NCBI GenBank assembly: GCA_048882485.1
Contig: JBHLRP010000010.1
Location: 8,431-72,430, forward strand
Length of the DNA stretch: 64,000 bases
DNA from: Candidatus Thorarchaeota archaeon
GTDB taxonomy: Archaea; Asgardarchaeota; Thorarchaeia; Thorarchaeales; Thorarchaeaceae
Direction of reading: 5' to 3'
The notes below the pieces were generated by a model. That model did not search any database. It saw only the letters and a list, made by a program, of their open reading frames with translations, and was not told the origin of the DNA. Position numbers and translations under genes: made by a program. Every line of letters starts with the position of its first letter. Within the stretch, counting starts at the first letter, position 1. Of this stretch, positions 10,121-19,758 are shown piece by piece.

Positions 10121-11368
10121 TTGAAGAATGAATCCCGCGAATGCAGCTTCACATGGCCCGGGAAAGAGGCCGCCAGAAATGCTGCAGCTGGACATTCACC
10201 TCATTCATTGAAGATCCTAAAAAGGCGATCCATTTGCCCTGATACTACTGAGAATGTCTTCATTGAAGGTGACAATCTAGAGGCTCTCAAGCTCTTAAAC
10301 GAAAGTCATAGTGGCTCGGTCAAAGTTATCTATATTGACCCGCCCTATAACAAAGGTGGCAGCTTCGTCTATAGTGACAGACTTGATCAAACACACGCTG
10401 ATTGGCTTTCTATGATATTCCCGCGCCTTCTATTGTCAAAAGAACTCCTATGCGAAGACGGAGCAATCTTTGTATCAATTGATGATAATGAGGTTCATAA
10501 TCTACGAATGGTTATGAATGAGGTATTTGGTGAGAGCAACTTCGTGGCCACAATAATATGGGAAAAGAAGTCCTCTCCCCAAAATGATGCTCGATGGTTC
10601 TCAGATAATCATGATTACATTCTCGTCTATGCGCGAAACAAGGAACTGTGGAGACCTCGCCTACTCCCAAGAACTGACGAGACCAATTCGCGCTACAAGA
10701 ATCCTGATGACGACCCTCGAGGTCCTTGGACATCAAGCGACTTGACTGTCAAGACATACAACAGAGACTATGATTATGTGATTACAACACCGTCCGGACG
10801 AGATGTGAGTCCTCCTCCGGGACGATGTTGGGGCATGAGCCACGACTCTTTCAACAGTCTAGTGACTGATAATCGCATATGGTTTGGCTCTAACGGAAGC
10901 AATGTTCCTCGGCTAAAGCGATTCTTGTCTGAAGTCAGGCAAGGTCTAACTCCTTGTACGATATGGCGTCGAAGCGAGGTTGGCGATAACCAAGAGGCAA
11001 GGAGAACAATTCGCCAGATATTTGGCGACGTAGGTGTCTTCGAAACTCCAAAGCCACTTAGACTCATGAAACAGATATTGCATATTGGCACAGAGCCGTA
11101 TAGAAACGATACAGTATTGGATTTCTTCGCTGGATCCTGTACGACCGCTCATGCTGTCCTAGAGCAAAATAAAGCAGATGGAGGGAACAGGAGATTCATC
11201 ATGGTGCAATTGCCAGAAACTGTGCCAGAATCATCTCGAGCGTATGATGCAGGTTTCACCACTGTATCGGAGATAGGTGCTGAACGAATACGAAGGGTAA
11301 TTGAGAGTATGAAATCGGACTCAAAGGATGCTTCTCCACTTGGTTTCAAACTTTATCATATTGCATGA
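10121..11368 (+). CDS. Type III Mod-like N6-adenine DNA methyltransferase (no res gene adjacent)
   Basis: IEGDNL, IYIDPPYN, SIDDNE, TPKP, LDFFAGSCTT (beta-class motif order). Confidence 0.88.
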   Translation: MKNESRECSFTWPGKEAARNAAAGHSPHSLKILKRRSICPDTTENVFIEGDNLEALKLLNESHSGSVKVIYIDPPYNKGGSFVYSDRLDQTHADWLSMIFPRLLLSKELLCEDGAIFVSIDDNEVHNLRMVMNEVFGESNFVATIIWEKKSSPQNDARWFSDNHDYILVYARNKELWRPRLLPRTDETNSRYKNPDDDPRGPWTSSDLTVKTYNRDYDYVITTPSGRDVSPPPGRCWGMSHDSFNSLVTDNRIWFGSNGSNVPRLKRFLSEVRQGLTPCTIWRRSEVGDNQEARRTIRQIFGDVGVFETPKPLRLMKQILHIGTEPYRNDTVLDFFAGSCTTAHAVLEQNKADGGNRRFIMVQLPETVPESSRAYDAGFTTVSEIGAERIRRVIESMKSDSKDASPLGFKLYHIA

Positions 11369-11373
11369 ATATA

Positions 11374-13440
11374 TCATTGCATCACATTATCTTTTACAAA
11401 CGACTCAAAGTCCTTGATGCATTCATCAGTTATTCTCCCCTCATTTACGCTTGGGTATTGCGAGTAGGCTGCTAATGCCTTTCCAAGTTGAAGCATGCGA
11501 GATGAGCAGCATCCTTCCCCTATACTATCAACTGCAACATCACTGGGGGCTTGCTTTGCTTTGGCTTTTGAGTCGATTACCTTTCTGCATACAATAAGCG
11601 CATTGTGGTTAATGCCATGTGCCCTAACACCGCTGGGTGTTTCGCCATGTGTCGGATACACCGCCTCCACAAAGAATCCGGTATTCACAAGAATCTGCAA
11701 AATGGCAGACCACGCTTTGAGTCGCTTATGCTGGAAGACGAACACGAGTTTGGCATCATCTTTCATCACTCTACGGAGTTCACTATACACCCGCATCATA
11801 GATTCGATGAAAAAGTTAGAGTCCTTGCCAGTCTTATTGTACACGAGGATCTCGCTTTTACTGCTGCTGGTTTCTTGACCGAATATCATTGGATATGCGT
11901 CATACAATTGCCTACGCAGCCATACATAGAAGAAGTTCGAAAGCTCTGAGTACATGATATTATCGAAATAGGGTGGATCAGTGACGACAGCATCAATAGC
12001 TTTGTCTGGAATGAAGCCTAAGTCTTCTGATGACTGACATTTCAGCAAAGCACTCCTTCGTGACTTCAGCTCCTGGAAGCTTTCTACAAACTTAGCTCCT
12101 ATCCTATCCCCTACAATGACTCTCTCCCTATTTCTTGTAGGTTCGCTCTCTCCAGAGTGCCCCTCAGTAAAACGTATCTCGTAGGGATTTTGCTGAAATC
12201 TTAGAGCACGTATTCCTTTGATGATATATCTTCTGAAGCTTCCACGACCAACTTTCGCGCCCCACACGTTGTTCTCAACTGGAGTAGTGGGCGGAGAAAA
12301 GTAGTGTCCGCCGAATAAGGGCTCAAGCTTTGAGGCATGAATGTTATAGATACAAAACATGTTGTTAGCATTGAGAGTGTCTGAAAATGTGAGAAGTAGG
12401 AATTCTCTAACGGGGTCTTCGCGAACTTCTAGAATCTGTTCGAGAATCATAGAAAGGGCAAGCAACTGGCGAGAATTGAAGAAATCACAAAATTCCCTGT
12501 ACACTTTACAACGCGGACGCATTGTAGCCATGTTATTCCACGGAACCTCATCGTCCGGAATCAGTGTACCCATTACCCTCTCTTTTCGTTGACTGAATTT
12601 TCTCTCAGCTTCATCTATCCTCTTGAAGTCTAAATCCTCTGGTGTCTTGTATCCTCTCCCACATTTACCACAGTGGAACTCAAGGGCATATGGCCTCTCC
12701 CTGGGAGGGCTATCTTCCGACAACCATGCTTCTGTCAAATCCCCTTTTTGGTTGCAATTTGGACATCGGTAGCTCTTGTTTGTTGCATATGGATCATTCA
12801 GGTTCATTCCACAGGGGCATAGAGGTCCATCTGCTGTGATCTCATTGCAGGATGGGCAGAAATAGACTACACTCTTGTTTTTGGGTTTCGCAATGATGAA
12901 GGATTTGAAGAGAGGAACTTCGAAGTCACAGGACTGGCATTTTACACTTCTTACCCAGAACGTATACATTGTGTCTGCTTCATGTCCCTCAGGACAAGTT
13001 GTCATGTAGAGGGAAAGAATTTTTGACGCAACAGCATCTCTAATCCGATAGAATTCAGCCTCCAATTGAGTGACATCAACAGCCTCTAACTCCTTCTTCG
13101 TGATGAACCATGCCATTGGATTGATGTCTACGCCAATTGTCCTACATCCAAGGCGATGCCCTTCTACAATGGTGGTTCCGCCTCCCATGAATGGGTCTAA
13201 TATGATTGGTGATTTTCCGCTAGCGTTCTTCAAGACGACTTTTTCGTAGAATCGTGTCATTGGATTCTCGTCAAGAAAAAGGCCTATGATTATGCTTCTG
13301 AAGGTGCTGCCCACTCTTCTCGCGAACCATTTGTGCATATGATAAATAGGCTTCCTCGAGTTGCTCTCACTCCACGCAATCTCATCGATTGCCTCACTAG
13401 GGAAACCTCTCTCTATATACACCAAACTTCTTTCCCTCAT
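11374..13440 (-). CDS. DUF1156-like Zn-ribbon-containing adenine DNA methyltransferase
   Basis: MHKWFARR, LDPFMGGGT, several CxxC pairs, VVTDPPYFDNI. Confidence 0.8.
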   Translation of the reverse strand: MRERSLVYIERGFPSEAIDEIAWSESNSRKPIYHMHKWFARRVGSTFRSIIIGLFLDENPMTRFYEKVVLKNASGKSPIILDPFMGGGTTIVEGHRLGCRTIGVDINPMAWFITKKELEAVDVTQLEAEFYRIRDAVASKILSLYMTTCPEGHEADTMYTFWVRSVKCQSCDFEVPLFKSFIIAKPKNKSVVYFCPSCNEITADGPLCPCGMNLNDPYATNKSYRCPNCNQKGDLTEAWLSEDSPPRERPYALEFHCGKCGRGYKTPEDLDFKRIDEAERKFSQRKERVMGTLIPDDEVPWNNMATMRPRCKVYREFCDFFNSRQLLALSMILEQILEVREDPVREFLLLTFSDTLNANNMFCIYNIHASKLEPLFGGHYFSPPTTPVENNVWGAKVGRGSFRRYIIKGIRALRFQQNPYEIRFTEGHSGESEPTRNRERVIVGDRIGAKFVESFQELKSRRSALLKCQSSEDLGFIPDKAIDAVVTDPPYFDNIMYSELSNFFYVWLRRQLYDAYPMIFGQETSSSKSEILVYNKTGKDSNFFIESMMRVYSELRRVMKDDAKLVFVFQHKRLKAWSAILQILVNTGFFVEAVYPTHGETPSGVRAHGINHNALIVCRKVIDSKAKAKQAPSDVAVDSIGEGCCSSRMLQLGKALAAYSQYPSVNEGRITDECIKDFESFVKDNVMQ

Positions 13441-13895
13441 AGATGCAGAGTCCAGATTACAGCATCATCATGTGGATAGAGGTCTGGAACATCTGCAACC
13501 TCCTTGAACCCAATAGACTTGTAGAAAGCTCTTCCTGCCTCATTGCCCTTCTCCATGAAGAGGTAGATGACTCGCAGCTTATGGTCATGTTTTGAGTAGT
13601 GCTTCGATACATCATGGATTAGTGTTTGGACAAGTTCTCTTGCGACACCTTTTCTTCTATAATCAGGGTTTACTCCAAGTCCAATTAGCTCAACTACACC
13701 ATCATCAAGGCCACCCCTGACATCCCAGCTTACTGTGCCTACAATATTGCCATCATAAAGACTGAGAATGGTCTGAAATCTTAATAGGTCAGTAGCAAAG
13801 GCTTCAGCGCGGTCTCTATTGTCTTCTACCTCTGAAATGAATAGCTTGACAAGGAGCTGCTTATCAGAACTTGCGGCTTTTCTCACTGTTCGCAT
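13437..13895 (-). CDS. GNAT acetyltransferase
   Basis: VNPDYRRKGVA, N..GRAFYKSIGF. Confidence 0.85.
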   Translation of the reverse strand: MRTVRKAASSDKQLLVKLFISEVEDNRDRAEAFATDLLRFQTILSLYDGNIVGTVSWDVRGGLDDGVVELIGLGVNPDYRRKGVARELVQTLIHDVSKHYSKHDHKLRVIYLFMEKGNEAGRAFYKSIGFKEVADVPDLYPHDDAVIWTLHL

Positions 13896-13944
13896 ATTGC
13901 TAATGAAGCAGAGCAGGCAATTGTATCTGCCGGATTGATTGAAA

Positions 13945-14727
13945 CTAGTCGATTAATACAACCGCATCTACGAATAGTTCGTACTTCTCATCCTCATCGA
14001 GATTATGTACTAGTACTTTCTCCACTTCAAACTCGCCTCGAATCTCCAACAGCCGCGACTCAGTGATTACTTTCACACTGGAGTTTTCAAGTTCTTCGCG
14101 TAATGCGTCATTGGTGACAACTTCTTTCTCTTGAGTCAACAAGACTACACGATCTGTTTGTGCTGTGAGTTCAAGAGCTGCCTCAACTGATTCATCACCG
14201 CTATGGAGGACTAGCACCCTTTGATTGGTGAAGTCCTCGAGATCACTCACATCAAGATAAACACCCTTGTCAAGGAATTCATCCTGTCCTATGATCGCGC
14301 AAGCCGGCTGCTCATACTTAGGTTCCTTTGCTGCTACCTCATCGGGATTCTCCCTTGCACGGTAGGCTTTGATAGCTTCATGAAGTGCATCCGCAGCAAG
14401 ATTTGAGCAGTGCATTTTGATTGGCGGCAGACCATCCAGTTCTTCAGCGACGTCTTCTCTGGTGACTTGCATAGCTTCATCGAGTGTCATCCCTATAACC
14501 ATCTCTGTGGTCATGCTACTTGTGGCAATCGCCGATCCACATCCAAAAGTCCTGAACTTTGCGTCGACTATTTTTCCATCCTCGACCTTGATGAAAACTT
14601 CCATCAGGTCTCCACAGGTGGGATTTCCTACACGACCGCTCGCTACGTCATCTCCTTCTAATACGCCCACATTTCGTGGATTGCGAAAGTGCTCGAGTAC
14701 CTTTTCACTGTATTGAGTAGACTTCAT
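13945..14727 (-). CDS. iscU: IscU/NifU Fe-S scaffold fused to a degenerate thioredoxin-reductase-like domain
   Basis: YSEKVLEHFRNPRNVG, PTCGD, FGCGSAIA, LPPIKMHC; C-terminal GQDEFLDKGV...RVLVL.SGD.SVEAALEL. Confidence 0.85.
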   Translation of the reverse strand: MKSTQYSEKVLEHFRNPRNVGVLEGDDVASGRVGNPTCGDLMEVFIKVEDGKIVDAKFRTFGCGSAIATSSMTTEMVIGMTLDEAMQVTREDVAEELDGLPPIKMHCSNLAADALHEAIKAYRARENPDEVAAKEPKYEQPACAIIGQDEFLDKGVYLDVSDLEDFTNQRVLVLHSGDESVEAALELTAQTDRVVLLTQEKEVVTNDALREELENSSVKVITESRLLEIRGEFEVEKVLVHNLDEDEKYELFVDAVVLID

Positions 14728-14733
14728 TCTTCA

Positions 14734-15912
14734 TCACATCGCCTTTGGTTTATATATTGGAGACATTCCTCGAATTCGATTGAGTATCTCTGGAGTTGCT
14801 TCGAGGACCCTTTCAATGTCATCATCAGTGTTGAATCTTCCAGGTGTAAGCTGTAGTGATCCATGTGCTTCTTCGTGAATAAGCCCAGTTGCAATAAGAG
14901 TTGTTGATGGGGCAAGAGTCTTGGAGGTACAGGCAGAGCCCGTCGACACAGCGATTCCTTTGTCCTTGAATGATAGGAGTAACGACTCGCCTTCCACGCC
15001 ATCAAACCTGAAATGGGCATTGCTTGCGAGTCTTTCTGTTGGATGGCCATTGAGATGGCTATCTGGAATCTCGCTCAGTATTGTACTAATCAAGCGGTCA
15101 CGATATCCCTGAAGCCGGCTGACTTCGTCTGGCATTTCTGTCTTCATTATTTCGATGGCATGTTTCATCCCAACGATTCCTGCAACATCCTCAGTCCCTG
15201 ACCTCAATCCTCTTTCCTGACCGCCTCCAATCAAAATGGGATTGACTCTATATCTCTTCTTCATGAACAGTACCCCTACTCCTCTGGGGCCATAGAAGTC
15301 ATTCGATGACAGGGACATGAGGTGAATTCCATCTCTCTTGACATCAATTGGCACCAATCCTTGAGCTGCCACCGCGTCTGTGTGAAATGCAATTCCCTTA
15401 TCCTCAGCCAATTTTCCAATTTCTCGGATTGGCTGAATCGTACCGATCTCATTGCTGGCATATTGAATTGAGATGAGTAATGTATCATCTCTTATTCTGC
15501 GTTCTAGCTTCTTCAATGGCACCCGTCCATACATATCCACAGGCACCTGTGAAACCTCGAAGCCTTGTCGCTCCAGGTATTTTCCTATATTTCTAACAGA
15601 GATATGTTCAACCTCTGAAATGATTATGTGGTTCCCTTTTCTCTTGTTCTTCATGGCGTAGCCTATTAGGGCCATGTTGTTTGACTCAGTTGCACCAGAT
15701 GTGAAGATGATCTCATCATAGTCGGCATTGATGTAATCTGCAATAACCCGTCTACTCTCTTCAAGAGCCTCCGTGGCTACGTCCCCCACATGGTGAAGAG
15801 CTGAAGCATTACCAAAGCGCTCATGGAAATAAGGTAGCATGCCCTCAATAACACGCGGATCTACAGGCTTTGAGCTTTGGTAGTCCAGATACACCTCTCT
15901 TACGTCGCCCAC
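14734..15912 (-). CDS. iscS: IscS/NifS-like protein with Asp replacing the PLP-binding Lys
   Basis: FTSGATESNN, FHTDAV, SSNDFYGPRG (canonically SxHKxYGPKG), GGGQERGLRSGT, STGSAC. Confidence 0.88.
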   Translation of the reverse strand: MGDVREVYLDYQSSKPVDPRVIEGMLPYFHERFGNASALHHVGDVATEALEESRRVIADYINADYDEIIFTSGATESNNMALIGYAMKNKRKGNHIIISEVEHISVRNIGKYLERQGFEVSQVPVDMYGRVPLKKLERRIRDDTLLISIQYASNEIGTIQPIREIGKLAEDKGIAFHTDAVAAQGLVPIDVKRDGIHLMSLSSNDFYGPRGVGVLFMKKRYRVNPILIGGGQERGLRSGTEDVAGIVGMKHAIEIMKTEMPDEVSRLQGYRDRLISTILSEIPDSHLNGHPTERLASNAHFRFDGVEGESLLLSFKDKGIAVSTGSACTSKTLAPSTTLIATGLIHEEAHGSLQLTPGRFNTDDDIERVLEATPEILNRIRGMSPIYKPKAM

Positions 15913-15922
15913 TCACTTTCAC

Positions 15923-16276
15923 CTAGAACCACATTGTGGCATCGTGCTCTAGGACCAAGTCATTGAGTGTTGCCGCACCGACTATGTCGCACCCCTCAAC
16001 TAGCTCTACCTTCTCCCATCCGAGCATCTGCTTTGAGGCTTCACACACGTAGACCTTTATTCCCATATCCATAGTCTTCTTGAGCATTTCAGCGACGCTT
16101 GGAAAGCTGCCAACCTGTATCTTCTCAGCTGCCCCCGGCCGGAGTATCCTCAGGCCTTGACCGAGATAGTATATCGCTGCTTCGATGTCCATCGCCTTTG
16201 CGCTCTGAGCAAGGACAAGAGGTGAATACTGTCTCTCCGGGTCGTCGCTGGTCTGCACGTAAAGTATACTGCTCAC
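15923..16276 (-). CDS. DsrE/DsrF-like sulfur relay protein
   Basis: KVYVCEAS and IVGAATL pattern; in operon with tusA. Confidence 0.75.
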   Translation of the reverse strand: MSSILYVQTSDDPERQYSPLVLAQSAKAMDIEAAIYYLGQGLRILRPGAAEKIQVGSFPSVAEMLKKTMDMGIKVYVCEASKQMLGWEKVELVEGCDIVGAATLNDLVLEHDATMWF

Positions 16277-16283
16277 GATTTAA

Positions 16284-16538
16284 TCACTCCTTTCTTCTGA
16301 TCAGGAATCTTTGCGTACCGTCCTCCAGTCTCTCAAAACTGAGGAGTTCATGCCCAGTTCTCTTACAGAATCGTTTGATATCTTCCTCTGCCGCAGGATC
16401 ATCGGCGAGCAGTTCAAGAACCTCGCCGGCTGCGATACTGTCTATTGCTTCTCTTGTCTGGAAAAGCGGCTGTGGACAATACAGTCCTATGCAATCAAGG
16501 GTTTCAACAGGTTCGTTACTTGACATGGAGGATTTCAC
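16284..16538 (-). CDS. tusA: TusA/SirA sulfur carrier
   Basis: LDCIGLYCPQP, GEVLELLADDP..EEDI. Confidence 0.9.
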   Translation of the reverse strand: MKSSMSSNEPVETLDCIGLYCPQPLFQTREAIDSIAAGEVLELLADDPAAEEDIKRFCKRTGHELLSFERLEDGTQRFLIRRKE

Positions 16539-16608
16539 CTAACCATCGTTAAGTAAATCATAGTTAATTGCTTATAACTTCATCGTTGAGAACATCATTT
16601 GATTAGAC

Positions 16609-17025
16609 CTATTCCTTACTATGCGCCTTCCTCTTCTCCTCCAGTTCTTCTTGCATTATCTTGCATCTCTCGTACCAGAGAATTTCGTAGTCACTATGAT
16701 CAATGACTCGATTCTTCAGGTCTGCAATTGAGGTAATACCCTCCTCTTTGCACCATTCTATGCAAATCTCATAGGCTTCCCAATCAAGCTCAAAGGTTTC
16801 CCATTCAACCTCGACCTCTTCATATCCTTCCAGCAACCAGGCAACTCCTCGCGTGTGCCCATCTGTTGACACGAGCTCCCCACCTATCTCCTTGATCGGA
16901 ATTGGCGCATACATGGACAGGTCTCCTAGGTTCCTTCCATTGATGACCGCATCCAGCTTCGCCTTGCTAATGTAAAGTTGACTTGGCTGAATCTCGTGAA
17001 GGTAGAGCTTGAAAGTTTCTTCCAT
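16609..17025 (-). CDS. ParB/Srx-fold small protein
   Basis: IQPSQ...PIPI...DGHTR motif. Confidence 0.55.
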   Translation of the reverse strand: MEETFKLYLHEIQPSQLYISKAKLDAVINGRNLGDLSMYAPIPIKEIGGELVSTDGHTRGVAWLLEGYEEVEVEWETFELDWEAYEICIEWCKEEGITSIADLKNRVIDHSDYEILWYERCKIMQEELEEKRKAHSKE

Positions 17026-17153
17026 GAGCTCGAAAGCAAAAGCGTCACTCTTTAGCGTTTCTCATTAACCGCATAATTGTCAAAGCCTCAGTGTTAAATC
17101 GGGGTTTTCCAGTCAACTGCATAAGATTTGTTGACAGTGAGGTATGAGTCAAG

Positions 17154-18263
17154 ATGCCTAAGACTAGTCGTGCAGCTGTGATCCCCAAACCAGATGCTCC
17201 TGTTGAAATTCAGGAGTTTGAGATTCCTGAGTTGAAACCCGGTGCTGCTTTGCTAAGGGTGGCAAATGCAGGAGTTTGCGGAACTGATGTTCATTTATGG
17301 CACGGCAAACTGGCTGGTGTGCCATACCCCTTGATTCCTGGACACGAAATGGTGGGAACAGTTGAAGCCATAGGACCAAAGAAGATCAAGAATGTAGATG
17401 GTCATGAGATAAAAGTTGGAGACAGGGTCACAATTCATGATGTGACGAAGACCTGCTACTCCTGTTGGTTTTGCCTAATTGCTAAGGCTCCCACGAAATG
17501 CCCCAATCGGGAGGTGTATGGCATTACAATGGACTCTACCAAATGGCCTCACCTCATTGGAGCCTACAGTGAGTATGTGTATCTTTCACCAGGAACGCAT
17601 GTTATTCAAATACCTGATCATGTGAGCTTTGATGGTGCAGGTGCTGTGGGGTGTGCGATGCCAACTGCTGTTCATACAGTGACTCGTAGCCCCTTGAAGT
17701 GGGGTTCAAATGTTGTGATTCAAGGGGCAGGTCCTGTAGGGCTTATGCTCTTATCACTGGCAAAAATCAATGGAGCTGCAACAATCACCTCAATCGATAT
17801 GGAATCTCACCGACTCAAGCTGGCTGAGAAGTTCGGAGCTACTCATACATTGAACATCAGGGAGACCTCTTTGAAGGAACGGTATGATTTCCTGAGGGAC
17901 ATCACTGATGGACATGGTCCTGACATTGTATATGAAGCAACAGGGAGTGCTTTGGCTGTTCCTGAGGGGATTGAGCTCGTGAGGGAGGGTGGAACCTATA
18001 CGATTTGCGGCCAATACACAGACAGTGGAACCGTAGAAATTAATCCCCATCTTATGAATCGAAAGCATCTCGATATACGTACGGTCTGGGGTTCAGAAAC
18101 GACACATGTGTATCAAGCAGTTCGTACTATTGCTGACAATTATGACGAATTTCCGTTCGAGGATGTCGTGACACACAAGTTCTCACTAGACAAGACGCAA
18201 GAGGCATTAGAAACGCAGGAGCGCCACGAATCAGTCAAGGCGGTCATCACTCCAAATGATTGA
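17154..18263 (+). CDS. Zn-dependent alcohol dehydrogenase (MDR family)
   Basis: GVCGTD, GHE, CYSCWFC...C, GAGPVG. Confidence 0.92.
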   Translation: MPKTSRAAVIPKPDAPVEIQEFEIPELKPGAALLRVANAGVCGTDVHLWHGKLAGVPYPLIPGHEMVGTVEAIGPKKIKNVDGHEIKVGDRVTIHDVTKTCYSCWFCLIAKAPTKCPNREVYGITMDSTKWPHLIGAYSEYVYLSPGTHVIQIPDHVSFDGAGAVGCAMPTAVHTVTRSPLKWGSNVVIQGAGPVGLMLLSLAKINGAATITSIDMESHRLKLAEKFGATHTLNIRETSLKERYDFLRDITDGHGPDIVYEATGSALAVPEGIELVREGGTYTICGQYTDSGTVEINPHLMNRKHLDIRTVWGSETTHVYQAVRTIADNYDEFPFEDVVTHKFSLDKTQEALETQERHESVKAVITPND

Positions 18264-18281
18264 CACATCTACTGAGAGGAT

Positions 18282-19469
18282 ATGATCATGAATAACGAAT
18301 TACAGAAGGAAAAGGTGAACCAAGTAAGTCAAATTCTAAGAGAAGATGACACTGATCTATGGCTTGTGTGGGTTCGAGAAACTTCCCAAATGGCTGACCC
18401 CGTTCTTGAGTTGATATATCCAGGCAGTTTCGTTTGGCAGTCTGCCTTGCTATTCCCATTGAACAAGAAGCCCATTGCTATAGTCGGTAACTTCGATGCG
18501 GATGCCACAAAAGCCACCGGCCTCTTCGGCGGAGTTATTCCCTACACGGAGGGCATCAAGGAGGCTTTCATCAAGGAATTAAACCGGCTTGGACCATCAA
18601 GAATAGCAATCAATTACAGTAGAAATGATGTTGCCGCAGATGGTCTTTCCCATGGAATGTACCTTATTCTCCAGGACTATCTCACTGACTCAGACTTCAA
18701 GAATCGTCTAGTGAGTGCGGAGAATGTCGTATCAAAGCTGCGCGGACGCAAGACCAAGACCGAGGTTGAGAGAATAAGAGAAGCAATTCGGATTACAGAA
18801 TCCATCTTTGAAGAAGCACGGACATTCCTGAAAGCAGGAATGACTGAGATAGAAATCCAGAACAAGTTCCATGAAGCGATGAACCGATATGGAGTAGGTT
18901 TTGCGTGGGGAAGGGACCATAATCCTGCGGTCGATGCTGGTCCCTACAAGCAATTTGGCCATTTAGGCCCCACCTCTAATGTTACGAAAGAGGGGCACTT
19001 GCTCCACTTTGATTTCGGTGTGAAGTATATGGATTATTGCTCTGACATACAACGGATGTTCTTTTTCGGAAAACCAGAGGATGTGCCTGAGGAAGTGCAG
19101 CATGCCTTTCAAACTGTCAGAGATGCAATTCAAGCTGCAGCTGACTGGATACGGCCGGGTGCTGTGGGATACGAAGTCGACACGATAGCGCGTGAGTTTG
19201 CAAAAGATCATGGATATGAGGAATATCAACATGCATTAGGCCACCAAGTTGGAAGGCAAGCTCATGATGGTGGCACACTACTTGGGCCACGATGGGAACG
19301 ATACGGTGATACGCCCATGGGTGTAGTTGAAGTGGGGAACGTATTTACGCTTGAACTATACGTCACGACCGAACATTATGGTCAAATCAGCTTGGAAGAG
19401 GACATACTCATCACAAGAAAGGGGTGTGAGTTCCTCTCGCGCCCTCAAAGGGAATTAATCTACATCTAG
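18282..19469 (+). CDS. Xaa-Pro aminopeptidase/dipeptidase (M24)
   Basis: DFG...YCSD, HALGHQVG..HD, FTLE, LEED. Confidence 0.88.
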   Translation: MIMNNELQKEKVNQVSQILREDDTDLWLVWVRETSQMADPVLELIYPGSFVWQSALLFPLNKKPIAIVGNFDADATKATGLFGGVIPYTEGIKEAFIKELNRLGPSRIAINYSRNDVAADGLSHGMYLILQDYLTDSDFKNRLVSAENVVSKLRGRKTKTEVERIREAIRITESIFEEARTFLKAGMTEIEIQNKFHEAMNRYGVGFAWGRDHNPAVDAGPYKQFGHLGPTSNVTKEGHLLHFDFGVKYMDYCSDIQRMFFFGKPEDVPEEVQHAFQTVRDAIQAAADWIRPGAVGYEVDTIAREFAKDHGYEEYQHALGHQVGRQAHDGGTLLGPRWERYGDTPMGVVEVGNVFTLELYVTTEHYGQISLEEDILITRKGCEFLSRPQRELIYI

Positions 19470-19492
19470 TAAAATTCTTCGCAAAAGTTTAT

Positions 19493-19717
19493 GTGACTAC
19501 CATGGCTATTAGGTATGATTCTAGAAAAGGAATGTTTCCAGGAGGGTTTCCTTTGCCTAATGCTACGAAGAAGTTGCGAGAGCAGTATCTGAACTCATTC
19601 ATGATGAGAAAGTGGATATCCGAGAAAATGCCACGTCTCAAGCCAGATCAGATAAAGCATCTCTATATTTTGGTCAAGCAGTGGACTGGGGAGGACATCG
19701 AACTAGAAATTACTTGA
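19493..19717 (+). CDS. Small hypothetical protein
   Basis: Fills the gap between convergent genes; start probably ATG 19502. Confidence 0.45.
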   Translation: MTTMAIRYDSRKGMFPGGFPLPNATKKLREQYLNSFMMRKWISEKMPRLKPDQIKHLYILVKQWTGEDIELEIT

Positions 19718-19758
19718 TAGATTCCAATCAGCCTATCTAATCGAGGGCATGATAGGCA

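Noticed and set aside
11374-16538. IscS near DNA-modification genes suggesting a Dnd/Ssp phosphorothioation system
   Set aside because: No DndC/D/E or Ssp genes are present, and IscS is paired with IscU in an Fe-S context.
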